Source: Azolla caroliniana
Taxonomy: Eukaryota > Plantae > Polypodiophyta
NCBI GenBank assembly: GCA_043228905.1
Contig: JBHGNT010000015.1
Location: 2,976,001-3,040,000 of the forward strand
DNA length: 64,000 nt
Direction: 5' to 3'
Part shown: piece by piece, positions 52,126 to 63,500 of the stretch
Layout of the letters: each line of letters begins with the position of its first letter
Position numbering within the stretch: position 1 is the first letter of the stretch
Notes under the pieces: generated by a model
The model's input: the letters and a program-made list of their open reading frames with translations, nothing else
Told to the model about the DNA's origin: nothing
Databases searched by the model: none
Program-made: the position numbers and the translations under genes

Positions 52126-52920
52126 TTTTTTTTTTCCAAAAAATATATTCTTCATTAGTAGAAATTCTACATACATGATGAAATGATTAGTTTGACAACA
52201 TTATAAAGGTTGTAGCCATGATATAGGCAAATAAGAGAGCTCAATGACTCAAAGTGGAAAACTGAAAAGAATGGATGTCCATATGTTCATATATGTAGTT
52301 GTCCATATGTGGATTAGATACTACGTCATTATTCTTCCGTTCCCTCATGCTCTTCAACAAATGTAATAAATACCATACGTTTGTTTCTTATAATATATCA
52401 CATCTACATAGATGTTGTACATAGAGACATATGCAGTCACATGTGATTCATCCAGACTCATTGTTTCTTCAAATGCTTGCTTTCCAAGGTCTACATTTCC
52501 GTAGTTTTGACAAGCACCTATCATAGTAAGCCACATTATGGTATTGGGATGGTGTTTTCTTCACTAGTTCTACTGCTTCATCCAATTGGCTTGCATGGCT
52601 AAAAAGATCAACCATGCAAATTTGATGCCCAACCAATGGATGAATTCCATAATTTCCAATCATGGCTTCACAATATATTTGATCTTTATCTACCATGCCT
52701 ATATGACTACAAGCATTGAGCACAACAAGAAAGATGACCAGATTTGGTAAAACTCCATTTCTTCTCATCAGGTCAAATACAAAGAAAACATTTTCAATTT
52801 CTCCAACTTGACCATATCTTGTAATCAAAACATTCCATGAGACTATATTTCGAGTTGGAAGCATATCAAACACTTCACGTGCTTTCTCTAAGACTCCACA
52901 ATTAGCATGTAGATCAACCA
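52126..52920 (-). pseudogene. 5'-truncated processed retrocopy of a PLS/E-class PPR (RNA-editing factor type) gene
   Basis: NALVDLHANCGVLEKAREVFDMLPTRNIVSWNVLI..FLVVLNACSHIG..CMVDLFSHAS..WLTMIGACQNYGNVDLG..YVSMYNIY. Poly(T) at 52126-52135. Direct repeat ATGCATTCCTTAATGTT at 52111 and 52921. Confidence 0.85.
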
Positions 52921-52994
52921 ATGCATTCCTTAATGTTACCAAAGATATATGTAGGATTCTAGAAAGTCAATTGTACATAAGACAATGTAGGATT

Positions 52995-53470
52995 CTAGAA
53001 AGTCAATTGTACAATTGTCAAGCTTTTATGCATTGAAAAGGGAGACCTCCCTCTAGATGTGTTCATGTACTTGTAGACAAACTTTATAGATAGTATTGTA
53101 TCCCTTAACTTGTGCTTTGCTTGAGTCATGTTGAACTTGAGTGCGATAATGACATTAACATATATTATTGTGGTGGGAACATATTTTAATAATGCATATG
53201 TGTTCTTCCACTGTGACAAATTTGCATAATAGTTTCTATAAATGACTAAAACCTTGATGTTAAACAAGTTGCCCCAACCATCTCTTATCAATTCTTTTAA
53301 TACGATGCTCACTTGCTTGCATACCACAATGTAATAATTTTCAGAGTCTTGATTTTTAGAAGATTTGAGTCCTGCTAAATGATCCCAAACTTCCAACAAA
53401 AGTGTCAAGCTCTCACATTGGTTGTAATGTACAATAATGTCTAGATGTTTGTTATCTTGATTATCATCTT
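52995..53470 (-). pseudogene. C-terminal fragment of the Sola-like transposase (second copy)
   Basis: NYYANLSQWKNTYALLKYVPTTIIYVNVIIALKFNMTQAKHK aligns with NYYAKLPQCKNTYALLKDAPTAIIYADAIIAIKFKMTQAKHK at 24552-24794. Confidence 0.85.
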
Positions 53471-53476
53471 GCCTTT

Positions 53477-54503
53477 TGTTGAAAATCAAACTCAACCTAA
53501 ATCTAGTGTGTGAACACACCTTTTTTTAGTGTACATACATTCTCAAAGGTCAAAGGTCACCACTACTTTCTAACAATTAGTTATGTGGCATGAAATCATA
53601 TTCTATGACATATAACTAATGAGTTTCCACATTCCCCATGACACGTGAGCTTCTATAGTTGCTAGATAGAGAGAATGTAGAGAGAGGGTGACTTTATATA
53701 AAGCACCTCCCTCCTTCCTTTGTACTTGGTTGTTTTCTAGTTTATTTTCTTATTCCTTGTTAATGTACATTTGAGTCTTTTACCTTCTATCAATATTCTA
53801 TCTATCTTGTGTCTCTTCACACACACACACACACACCTAATATATTCCGCTTAACATAATTACTCTAGGTAATTATTTTCATGGTATCAGAGTGCATTGG
53901 TAGTTCGATCTAGCCCATCCGCGTGTGTTTTGTTCTACGTCGACATTCAAGAAGAACCAACTCATCGCTATCGTAGTGCCACTACATAGCTTGTATCTAA
54001 GGAACAAGAAGAAGAAGAAGGAAATCGCGTAGACATCATGGACACTCAAATGGGTAGCTCTCTCCCTAGCGAGAGGTTGGACCGAAACAACTTTGCATCT
54101 TGGGAGTACAAGATGCACTTGGTCCAATACCTTGTCGGCCAAGGTTATTGGAGTTACATCAAAGGAGCACAATAAAATAAACCCAACCCAACAAATGCCG
54201 AATATGCAACATGGGAGCAAGCAGCGAGCTGAATGATGTATTTCTTGGCGACATGTGTCCATGACCACATGCTTTGCTACATTCACGAAGCCATGACACC
54301 GAAAGAAGCTTGGCAGAATCCAAGAAAATATTTGCCGCCAATATGATGGCACGAAAGCTTTAACTCCACCAAGAGTTGACTAATGTCCAACAAAGGGACA
54401 TGTCCATCACAAGCTACACCTTGAAGATCGAGAAGCTTTGTGATTCGCTCGACTCAATAAGCGTCAATATGGAGGATGATGAGATGGTGCAAATATGCCT
54501 AGG
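53477..54503 (+). mobile_element. Truncated Copia B-related element: LTR 53477-53881, Met PBS, decayed gag 54038-54503
   Basis: TGTTGAAAATCAAACTCAAC start; TGGTATCAGAGT at 53882; MDTQMGSSLPSERLDRNNFASWEYK. Confidence 0.85.
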
Positions 54504-54835
54504 CTCGAATACTGGTCTATAATGGCTGTATTCACATTGTATCTTCAACCAAGTAGATTTAGGAAAATTCTGTAAATATGTCAAAGGGCAGTTGCCCTAG
54601 CCCATTAGTATATAATGGGCTTTGTAACCTAGTTGTTAAGGTTGTTGCCATTGTTGAGAGTGTTTGAATAATACAGTCTCTTTGTGCCTTCTCGTCTTTT
54701 TCTCTCCCTCTCTCTCTCTCTCATTCTGTTTTCTGAGATCTCCCTTCGACTTACACCCTCGGTGATCTTCATCTTAAAGTGTTGTTGATGTTTCCGCACC
54801 GATGCCCTCAAGTACCCAACATCTGGTATCAGAGC
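54504..54835 (+). mobile_element. Copia 5' LTR (to 54821, first bases eroded) and Met PBS, related to LTR 479-811
   Basis: Shared tcgaata..tataatggc.gtattcacatt and aagggcagttgccctag; ends CCCAACA, then TGGTATCAGAGC. Confidence 0.8.
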
Positions 54836-55076
54836 AGAGGTTATTCATCTCATTGCCGACCATAATCTGTTTTTTTTCAACAACTTTTTTGCTCTTATCT
54901 TCTTCGAAGAACTTGAGTTCGAGATCTCATTTATAGGAGAGAAAGAAAATTGAAGATTCACACTCTACTTCGCTAGATCACTCCTAAGGTAAGCCAATCA
55001 ATTGCACCTTGCTTCTATGATTGGAGCTACTAGAAGTGGAAACTCCATCAAATCGGCCTCGATCGTGCTTTACTGG

Positions 55077-56327
55077 TGTCGCGAAAATACGACGAGGATA
55101 CGTGAACTTGAGGCAGGACCCCGGGGCCTCCGACTAGAGGATACCAGATTCGTATGTTTACGTTTTAAGAATTAATCGAAATGACAAAGTTTGATAATTT
55201 TCATTAGCAAAGAAAAAGAAAGTTACAATCTATCCCAAAATTGGGATTCCAAAAGTTTTAGCTTACGAAGATTAATAGAGTAATAGATTAACAGATTAAC
55301 GGAGATATGACTTCGATAAGAAAAATAGGGTTTTTTTGGCTTTCATAAGAAAATTAGGGTTTTGGCTTCGATGAGAGATGAATTCGATAAGATAAATAGG
55401 ATTCTTGGCTTCAATAAGAAATAATTAGGTTTCAAATTGATGAGATATGGCTTTCATAAGAAAAAAATTAGGGTTATTCAAGAGATTTGGCTTCCCTAAG
55501 GAAAATTATGGTTATATGAGAGATATGGCTTCTGTAAAGAAAATTATTAGGGTTTCGGTTTTTGAGAGATAGCTTCCATAAGGAAAATTAGGGTTTATGG
55601 CTTTGATAAAAAAATTAGGGTTTATTTTTTTCCCCAAAAGACCGCTTCGATCCCCCTCAAAACCATTAGGATCTATGGATTATCGAGAGCTCTTTATTCC
55701 TCCCTTCTCGCACTTGCATGAAGGAACTCCAGTTTCCATCTTGAGTTCAATTGCATGCATCCACATGACCTTTACTTTACATAAAGTTTGACTTTAGTTG
55801 CATGCGTTCACATAACCTTTAGTTTACTTTACTTTACTTTAGTTCGCCGCATGATCCTACCATCCGTAAAGTTCGGCCCGTGCATGATCCGTTTGTCTCA
55901 ACCGTCACCCATCCGATCCGTCTGGTTGCATCCGGCCCGATTCGTCCGGTCTGGTTCTGGTTCCGTCTCCATCCAAAACCTTTAGGAGTAATTAAGCCAC
56001 ATCCATCCATTCGGATAGTTTAGCCCAAGTCCAACCATTCCTTCTGTGCTCCTAATACACAAATGTATAGAGATGTGTTTTGGCTCTGCTTATATAATCT
56101 GGGATCTTGATGTTGTCCTATCTATGTGGGATATCTCACAATTTTGTTTTCCTCTTCTTCTCAAACTTCACAATCACATAACTTGATACATAGTTATTCG
56201 TTACATGTTTAGTAAAATGTGTTCATAAGCTCTTGAATACGTCCATCTTTCTATAACAAGCCATTAAGCTAATATAAAATAAGTATTTCATTATTTTTTT
56301 ACATAGTGTGTGAAGAATCACACGACA
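55077..56327 (-). mobile_element. Solo LTR (1251 bp) related to the element D LTR, with internal ~45-bp degenerate repeats
   Basis: TGTCGCG..CACGACA; flanks CTGG / CCGG; 56020-56250 resembles 19730-19965. Confidence 0.8.
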
Positions 56328-57845
56328 CCGGGTTAGACACTTTCTAATTCTTGTCATAATCTCTCAAAGCAGATCTTATCCCAGGAACAACCCCATTCTA
56401 TGCTCCATTCCGCTAGACAACACTCGACAAAGCCTGTCGGACCTGTCCCTCTTAGTGTTGTAGTCACCCGAAGTAGGATTGGCCTAGATAACTGGTATAT
56501 AATCTGTAATTGGTATTTTCTTGAAATCAACATTTGAAATCCGATAGGCTAATCGGCGCATTCGTGTCCAATTCGGCCTAGTCAATCGATTGTAACATCT
56601 TCGGACAAAATCCGTCAATAAGTCGAAATCGATTCGACTCGTGTTCGAATCCGACTAGAACAATATCAGGTGAGCTAGTCGGCTACATTCCATCACCGTT
56701 TGTAGTCAACTCCCAACAGAGTCTAACAAGCCAACACAGATGGCATCAACATCCGAACCAAGGCTTGAATTGGACGGGTTAGTCTTTAAATTTTTTGACC
56801 AGCATTTTTTAAAGATGTATGTCATATGACATGAGAGTGCAAAAACTAACATGTCATTTGACATACAAGTTTTAATAATGAAAAGCTCTATATGATGCTT
56901 CATTATTATACATTTTATTACTATAGAAAGTACACAAAGATACACAAATAAACATAACTACCTCACAAAGATAATGAAATCATACAAAAAATCATACAAA
57001 TTGAATACTTAATCATCATATATTTCTTAAAGCCCAAAAAATACAAAAAAATGTTTATCATACCGTTGTCGTGCCTTTTGGCTCCGGATCGTTGCGTGAG
57101 TCAGTTGGGAATCACTGAGGTTTTGGACTAGGAGAAAGAAGAATATGAGATAAGGCTAGTAATGAATAGGTAGAAAGAAGGGTAAGTTATGAATCTTGTG
57201 AATCCCACGAGTTTAGTGTATTTAATCAATATTTAGATAGTAGGAGACAATTTAGATGACAAATTCGTGAATCCCACGAATATATTATATTGGTCAATCC
57301 TTACAAAATAATCAACCCCCATATACATCTTTCTCTCCTCCTTATATAAGGATGGGAGAGACTAACCATAACTTCCTGCTTTTCTAAAGTGTTCATGCAC
57401 ACTAAATGTGCATGAGTTGCTTTTTCCACTATGCTTTTATTTCCTAGATATAGTGCTCATGCATGCTAGATGTGCACGAGTATTTTTTTGATTGGTTTAT
57501 ATTTTTCTTGTAAATAAAGTATTCACGCACTCAAAAAATGCATGATTTACCTTTTAATAAAGGTAGGCATAAATAAAATTCATATACCCATTAAATCTAT
57601 ATTTATAACACTTATGATAAGTTAATACAATGGTAAAGTTTTGGTTTATTTATATGGAGGTATAGGGTTCGAATCCTGCCCTATGCATGTAATAAATATT
57701 TTAATATTTTCTTTTATTTATATATATGTACTTAAATCGGATATATTATTTTTACATTTTTCACGCACTGTGCGGACTACACTACGACACTCGCCTCCTC
57801 CGAACCCGCACATCCTCCGGTATGTGCCGAAGTTCCCGATGCATG

Positions 57846-60800
57846 TTATTCGTCTTCATCCGTAGTATTCTCCGATTCTCCCCTTATGTCGACAACAAGT
57901 TGTAGTCCACTTTCTTCGCTTTCCGTATCACCGCGATCTTTGTCTAGTTGCTCCTCGATGTCGGTCTTATCTAGGGTTACATAGGGTTCTTCATCAGTCC
58001 GCTTCTTGAAAATCTTCACCTGTTTCCCCGCTATAGGCACCCGTAGTATTGTTCCATCCAACTCGCATAGTGGGTAAGTTCCATTGTCGAAAACTTTCCG
58101 AACCTCGTATGCCCCGAACCACCTTTTCGCGAACTTTCGGATCGTTGTATGTTGATGATCCCAACTATTGTCATAGACAATCACCCAATCTCCTTCTTCA
58201 ATCTTCCGTGGTCGTAGTCGATGCTTTGTGTCAAATCGGCTTTTGTTCCGGAATCGTGCTTCCTATTGTTGGCGTGTTGCTTCCGTTATGTCTTCCGGTC
58301 TTCCCTCCAGTTGTTGTATCCGGACTGCTAGTAGTTCTTCTCGGATCATCTCTTCCTTCCACGACAGCACTGTCCATGTCGCAATTGCGGTTTCCGTCGG
58401 CATTACCGGTGCTTGTCCGGTCATGAGTTCGGCTGGCATAAAACTGGTCACGGAACTATGCGTCGTACGATCCGCCCATAGTGCATGCGGGAGCATCTGC
58501 GACCAATCCTTCACCCTTCCGTCGCATGCTTTTGCAAGTGCTTTGACGATTGGACTATGTCCTCATTCGATCTTCCCGTTGGCTTCCGGATTGTATGTCG
58601 TTGTTAGTGTTAACCAAACTCCATGTTTGGTGAAGAATTCCCTAGCTTTCTCATAGTCGAGTTCTCCCCGATCCGCAATCACTTGTCCTACGCACCCGTA
58701 CTTGCAAAACACTTCTTCCAAAAGAAATTGGCATACCACAGAACATGTTTTCCTCCGTAGGGCTCGACCTTCTACTTGGTTTGTGATATCTTCCCAACCT
58801 AACACCAAGTACTTCTTTTGTCTGATCCCGGTTGGCATGGCTACAATGTTGACCATCCATTTGAAGTTGATTGTTGGTGCGAATGTCAGATGTAACTCAT
58901 CTCGGTGTCGAACCCCGGAGTAGACTTGGCATTTCTCGCAGCTTTCCGTGAACTCCGTGACATCTTTGTACATATTCTTCCACCAATGTCTTTGCTTGAT
59001 CTTCACAAATGTTGCCCATGTTCCCCGATGTCCAGCACAATCAGATTCGTGAAATTCAGACATTATCTGGTTTCGTTGCTCTTTTATCCCGACTACTCGA
59101 AATGGTATGCCATCCGGTCTTTTCGGCTCCCTCCATATTAATCCATTTTTCAAGAAGAACTTTCGGACTTGCCGCTTCTTACTTCGGATCTCGGCTCTCT
59201 TCACTTTATTGTTCGATGATTCCTCGATTTCTTGTAGCACTTTCCCGATCAACAAGCTTTCTCCTTCGTATTCTTCTTCCCGGAATTCTCGGATTACATT
59301 CACCCGGCATATGTGCTCCGAAGCAAAGTAGTCTTCGGAAACTTCTTCATTATCGGATTCGGTTATGTCGTCTCCGAACCGCGCCCTTGATAGCATATTC
59401 GCTACCGCATTGTCTTTTCCGGAGGTGTTTCGTACCTCCGGATTAAGTGACTTAACATATGCAATCCACCTTAGCATAGCCACATCCGGTATAGTACAAC
59501 ACCGCATCATCCCGAGTATCGGAAGACAATCCGTTTCGATCACTACTTTGGCTCCAATCAAATAATCTCGATTCGATTTGGTTGCCGACACGACTCCCCA
59601 TAATTCTCTTTTTACTTGTGCATACCCGTGTTGCCTTTCGTTGAGAACCTTTGCTCCGAATCGGATCCGATATTGCGAACCATCCGAGTCGGCTTGATTG
59701 ATGACCCATCCGATTCCGGTTGGACTTGTGTCAACCGTTACTATGACCGGTCGGTCATAGCTCGGCTTCTTAAGTGATTCCGCCCTTCGTAATGTTTTCT
59801 TAAGCTTCTTCATGGCTTTGGTATGTTCCGGTCTCCATTCGAACTTCTTACCCTTCCGCAACAAGTGATAGAGTGGGTCCGCAATATGTGCATAGTGCGG
59901 AATCCATATGTGATAGAATGCACATGCTCCAAGAAACCTTCGGACTTCGGATTGTGACTCGTATACTTCTTTCATAGCTTGAATCGCATCAATTTTGGTT
60001 GGTGACGGTCTTCGGCTGTAGGACCCACATAGATGTCCGACTACCAATATTTCTTCTTGTCTGAATGTCGATTTCTCTCCGGAAAGTGTTAGGTGCACAT
60101 CTTCTAACTTTCGTAGCACTTTCTCGCAATCGCGAATATGGTCGACTACGAACTGTCGGCATCCCCGATCATCCATAGTCTCATCTTTTTCTTCCACCGC
60201 ACATCCTTTCATCCGAATGTCATCTAGGAACGACATCGTTATCTCCGGAATGCAATCTTGAAGCACCTTGTTCATTGCATTCATCATATGTGCGACCGAG
60301 TTCGTTGCACCTTGTGGTAGTGTGCACATACGGACTAATCATATCGGTGTTCGCATGGTAGTGATGTCTCGGCTCTCCACGGCTAGTTGGAATTGGTCAT
60401 ACCCGACCGGAGTATAGGTCTTCGATGGAGTATATCGTGCATCCGGAAAATGCTTCTGCAAATTTGTTCACTATCGGACCGACTCCGGAGTTTCGGATCG
60501 TGACCTTGTTCAACGGTTGCAAGTCTTGAATAAACCGGAGTCACCCATTCTTCTTCGGAACCGTAAACCATCGATTTGAGTACGGAGCATTTGATGGCTC
60601 TAGAATCCCCATCGCCACCTTCTCCTTGAGCAAGTCGATGACTTTCGGAATATGCGCACGTGGCACCGGAATCGGCTTCAGGTTCCACGACACATGATCA
60701 ATCGTGAAGATCACCATCGGTTACACTATCTTCGGATCAACACACCCTATCTCCTTCGATGTGAATACAAATGTTTTTCCATGTTGTTCCAACATCTCAC

Positions 60801-61382
60801 GAAACCGTTCTTCTTCTTTTTGTAAGAGGAAACCACCTCCACCGATTCGAAGGTTTTTCTGGGTCTCATCTATGAAGGCATGTCCGATATCCACGGACTT
60901 TCGAAGTGTCAAGTCTCCCGAGACTTCTTTCCTCTTTTGTTCGCTATCGGCGGGTAGTGGTCCCGCGGCCGGTTTCACTTTCTTCTCCACGGTCTTGTAT
61001 TTCGCACTTACCATTCCTTCTTCTTTGCGGAGCACATCCGGCCCCATTTTAACAATGATCTCGTACATCTCGACCGATTCCACCAGAACTACCTGGTCTC
61101 CCTGGCTAGTTTCTTTCGCAAGCTCTTCAAGCCGTTGTAGCGTGCTCCCATAGAACACTTCTTCAACTACTCCAACGATTTCTTCGTCTTCTTTTATTAT
61201 TGATGCCGACCGTAAACTATCCTCTACTTTTCTGTATTCTTTCTTCATTCCTTCGGTTATGGCCATGTACGTAGATGCCCCATTCAGACCAATTCGTACT
61301 TGTTTTGCTCCAAGAGTTTTCTTCCTGTGTGGGGTATCAAGGCTTCTTGGACTATCACTTCCCCACTTCGCAACAGTCTGCT
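57846..61382 (-). pseudogene. pol: Gypsy F pol (RT, RNase H, integrase with GPY/F-like tail, no chromodomain)
   Basis: 588-aa open segment TLPQGATNS..SFLDDI..VTVDTSPTGIG..HRGTWAT..CEKC..ADRGE..YNPEANGKIE; tail KRWFGAYEV followed by an acidic stretch. Confidence 0.88.
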
Positions 61383-61392
61383 CTAAAAATCC
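61329..61392 (-). promoter_or_regulatory. Putative -1 ribosomal frameshift signal (G GAU UUU plus H-type pseudoknot); homologues at 47430-47495 and 16361-16424
   Basis: Conserved GATTTTTAGAG at the gag-pro stop, -1 frame open downstream in all three elements, covarying stem. Confidence 0.75.
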
Positions 61393-63500
61393 ATCTTTGT
61401 TTGGGACAAGAGCTCCCTCTTGTTCCTTTCATGATTCGCAGGCACTATTAGGAATTGGACGGATTTCCCTCCGCTTTGACTCCGAATTCGTGCGAAAGCC
61501 GCACCGCTATCGAGCACCTTTGTCTCCATCCATGATGCCGTGATAAAGGGTTGCCCGAGGATCACGGAGTGTGAGACCTCATCTTGCACGAAAAAATTTT
61601 GGTCTATCTCTACATCTCTGATCTTCACCGTCACATCCGGACAAGCCGCAAATAGGTCTTATGTTGCTTTAGTGGCTACCCGGATCTTCCATCCATGATT
61701 AGTGTTAATAGGCCACTTCCCTTTCCAGTAGAACTCCTTGAACATCAAGTTGATCTCCGATCCGTGATCAATCAATGTAGGTCTTCTATTGCTTTAGTGG
61801 TTGCCCGAATCTTCCATCCATGATTAGTGTTAATAGGCCACTTCCCTTTCCGGTAGAACTTCTTTGACATCAAGTTGATCTCCGATCCGTGATCAATCAA
61901 TGCTAGCACGGGCTCTTTGATGTTGCCGATTTGGACCGGAGTCTCTGTAGTTGCACGTGCCCAATTTGGCTTTGTGTAGTGGAAGTTCGGAATTTCGTCC
62001 TCCAATTCGGTGTCATTCATTAAAACAGTATTTGCATTCACCCTTGGAGCATTTTCCTCCGTACTTTGTCTTTTTCTCTTCATGAGATCCACAAGAAGAT
62101 CGTGGAACTCCTTCTTCGCTATTCTGAGTAATTCCCGAAGCGAAAATTCTACCTGGCTATCAAGGATTCTCTCCTCGAACACCTTTTTCAAGTCCGTTTG
62201 TTGTTCGATGTCCGAGGCAAGCTTGAATGCCGGAATTTTCTTTTCTTTTCCCTTCCCTCCAGAGTTCCAGCTTTCTAGTGTCTTCGATGGTCCGGCCGCA
62301 TCATCCGTGCACCGTCATTTCTCGTCTATATACACTTCATGCAATTGACATAAGGCGTACGCGCTACTCTTATCAACGGGGCACTCCCATCCCGTAGCTT
62401 CATAGATGCCTTCCGCGGTGCTTCGGATCTCATTGGAGTCAGTTTTCTTGGGGTTTTCTAGCACATCCGGCCAAAAAGACGCCTTTGCTCCCGATGACTC
62501 ACCCACACTTATTCCCGCAGTTGTCGAATAATTACCTTTCGCCGCTATTTCCTCCTCTAGGACATTCTTCATGCCGCTTTCCGAAAGTTCAGTCGGAGTG
62601 GCTTCCAAGAGTCCATCGAATGAATCTGATTTCCCTTTTAGTAGATAAGATCTCGTCGTAACGCCTCCTTGTGCTCATCGCAATCCCTCCAATCATGTTC
62701 AGTGTTATCATCCGACTTCTTCACCATCGCGATTTTTAGATTCTCCATCTCCTTCAGCAACTGCTCCACCGTGGTTGCGTCGAATACCTTCTCGGTCGTA
62801 GTCTCTCAAGCCCGCGGTTGATGGTCTTCCAATCCGGATCTCAGTTTCAGAATCGGTTCCAAAACCCTCTTTTCTTCGTTAGCAAGCCATTGCCCCCTCT
62901 TTGTGTATTGTGCAACGATATCTCGCACGTTATCCCATGTATCGGTGAGGCCACTCTCGGTGGTCGTGTCCTCCAAAAGCACTCCAAGTTCTTTCCAGTC
63001 CTAGATGTCCACGGCTCGTAGGAACATGATCACTTTGTCCGGTGCGAGGATAGCTTGATCTCTCGCAGACAACCTCCCGAACCAACTTTCGAATGCCGAA
63101 AACACATTGAGGACCTTCATCCCCTTGTCCGGTGTTTCCACCCAATCTTCGAATCCTCTCCTCATTGCCTTGGACGAGTCCTCGATGGCGAACGTGGTCT
63201 TTAGGGCCACTTCAAATGCTTCCCATGTCGGATTCTGTTGTCGTATCCCATGGATACTCCCTTGAAGACCGTCGGTCGCCACCCGGTTGAAAATGTCACT
63301 TGTAATCCTTTCGAAATTCCGCACTGTAGCATTTCCGCCTTGTAATCTCGCAAATACCGTGACACATCTTTCCCTTTGAATTGCCCATTCCGTTGCACAA
63401 GCCGCTCTACTGCCGCCACAATCTCCGACATTGTACGTTGTTCTTGTAGCATCCACTCAAACATCGTCATCATGTTGTTAGCCTCTGGTTGAATTTCCAT
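61383..63500 (-). pseudogene. gag: Gypsy F gag-protease, frameshifted, with a ~125-bp tandem duplication over the protease active site
   Basis: GQFKGKDVSRYL, LIDHGSEINL, HFF-like QNFFVQ; 61653-61777 repeats at 61778-61902. Confidence 0.85.

Larger units (their letters stand above)
40130..53476. mobile_element. Internal remnant of a second, diverged Sola-like element (no TIRs seen), carrying nested insertions
   Basis: 40165-40350 resembles 21385-21575. 41980-42520 resembles the second-gene exons (agagcctacaaagaagc..). AGTACT repeats at 40390-41400. 52995-53470 matches the transposase C-terminus on the minus strand. Confidence 0.75.

Noticed and set aside
479-54821. LTRs 479-811 and 54504-54821 as the two ends of one giant element
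   Set aside because: Wrong order (the left one follows a PPT, the right one precedes a PBS), substantially diverged, and no shared TSD.
55330-55625. TTAGGG-containing repeats as interstitial telomere
   Set aside because: The motif is AATTAGGGTTT within ~45-bp LTR subrepeats, not tandem TTTAGGG.
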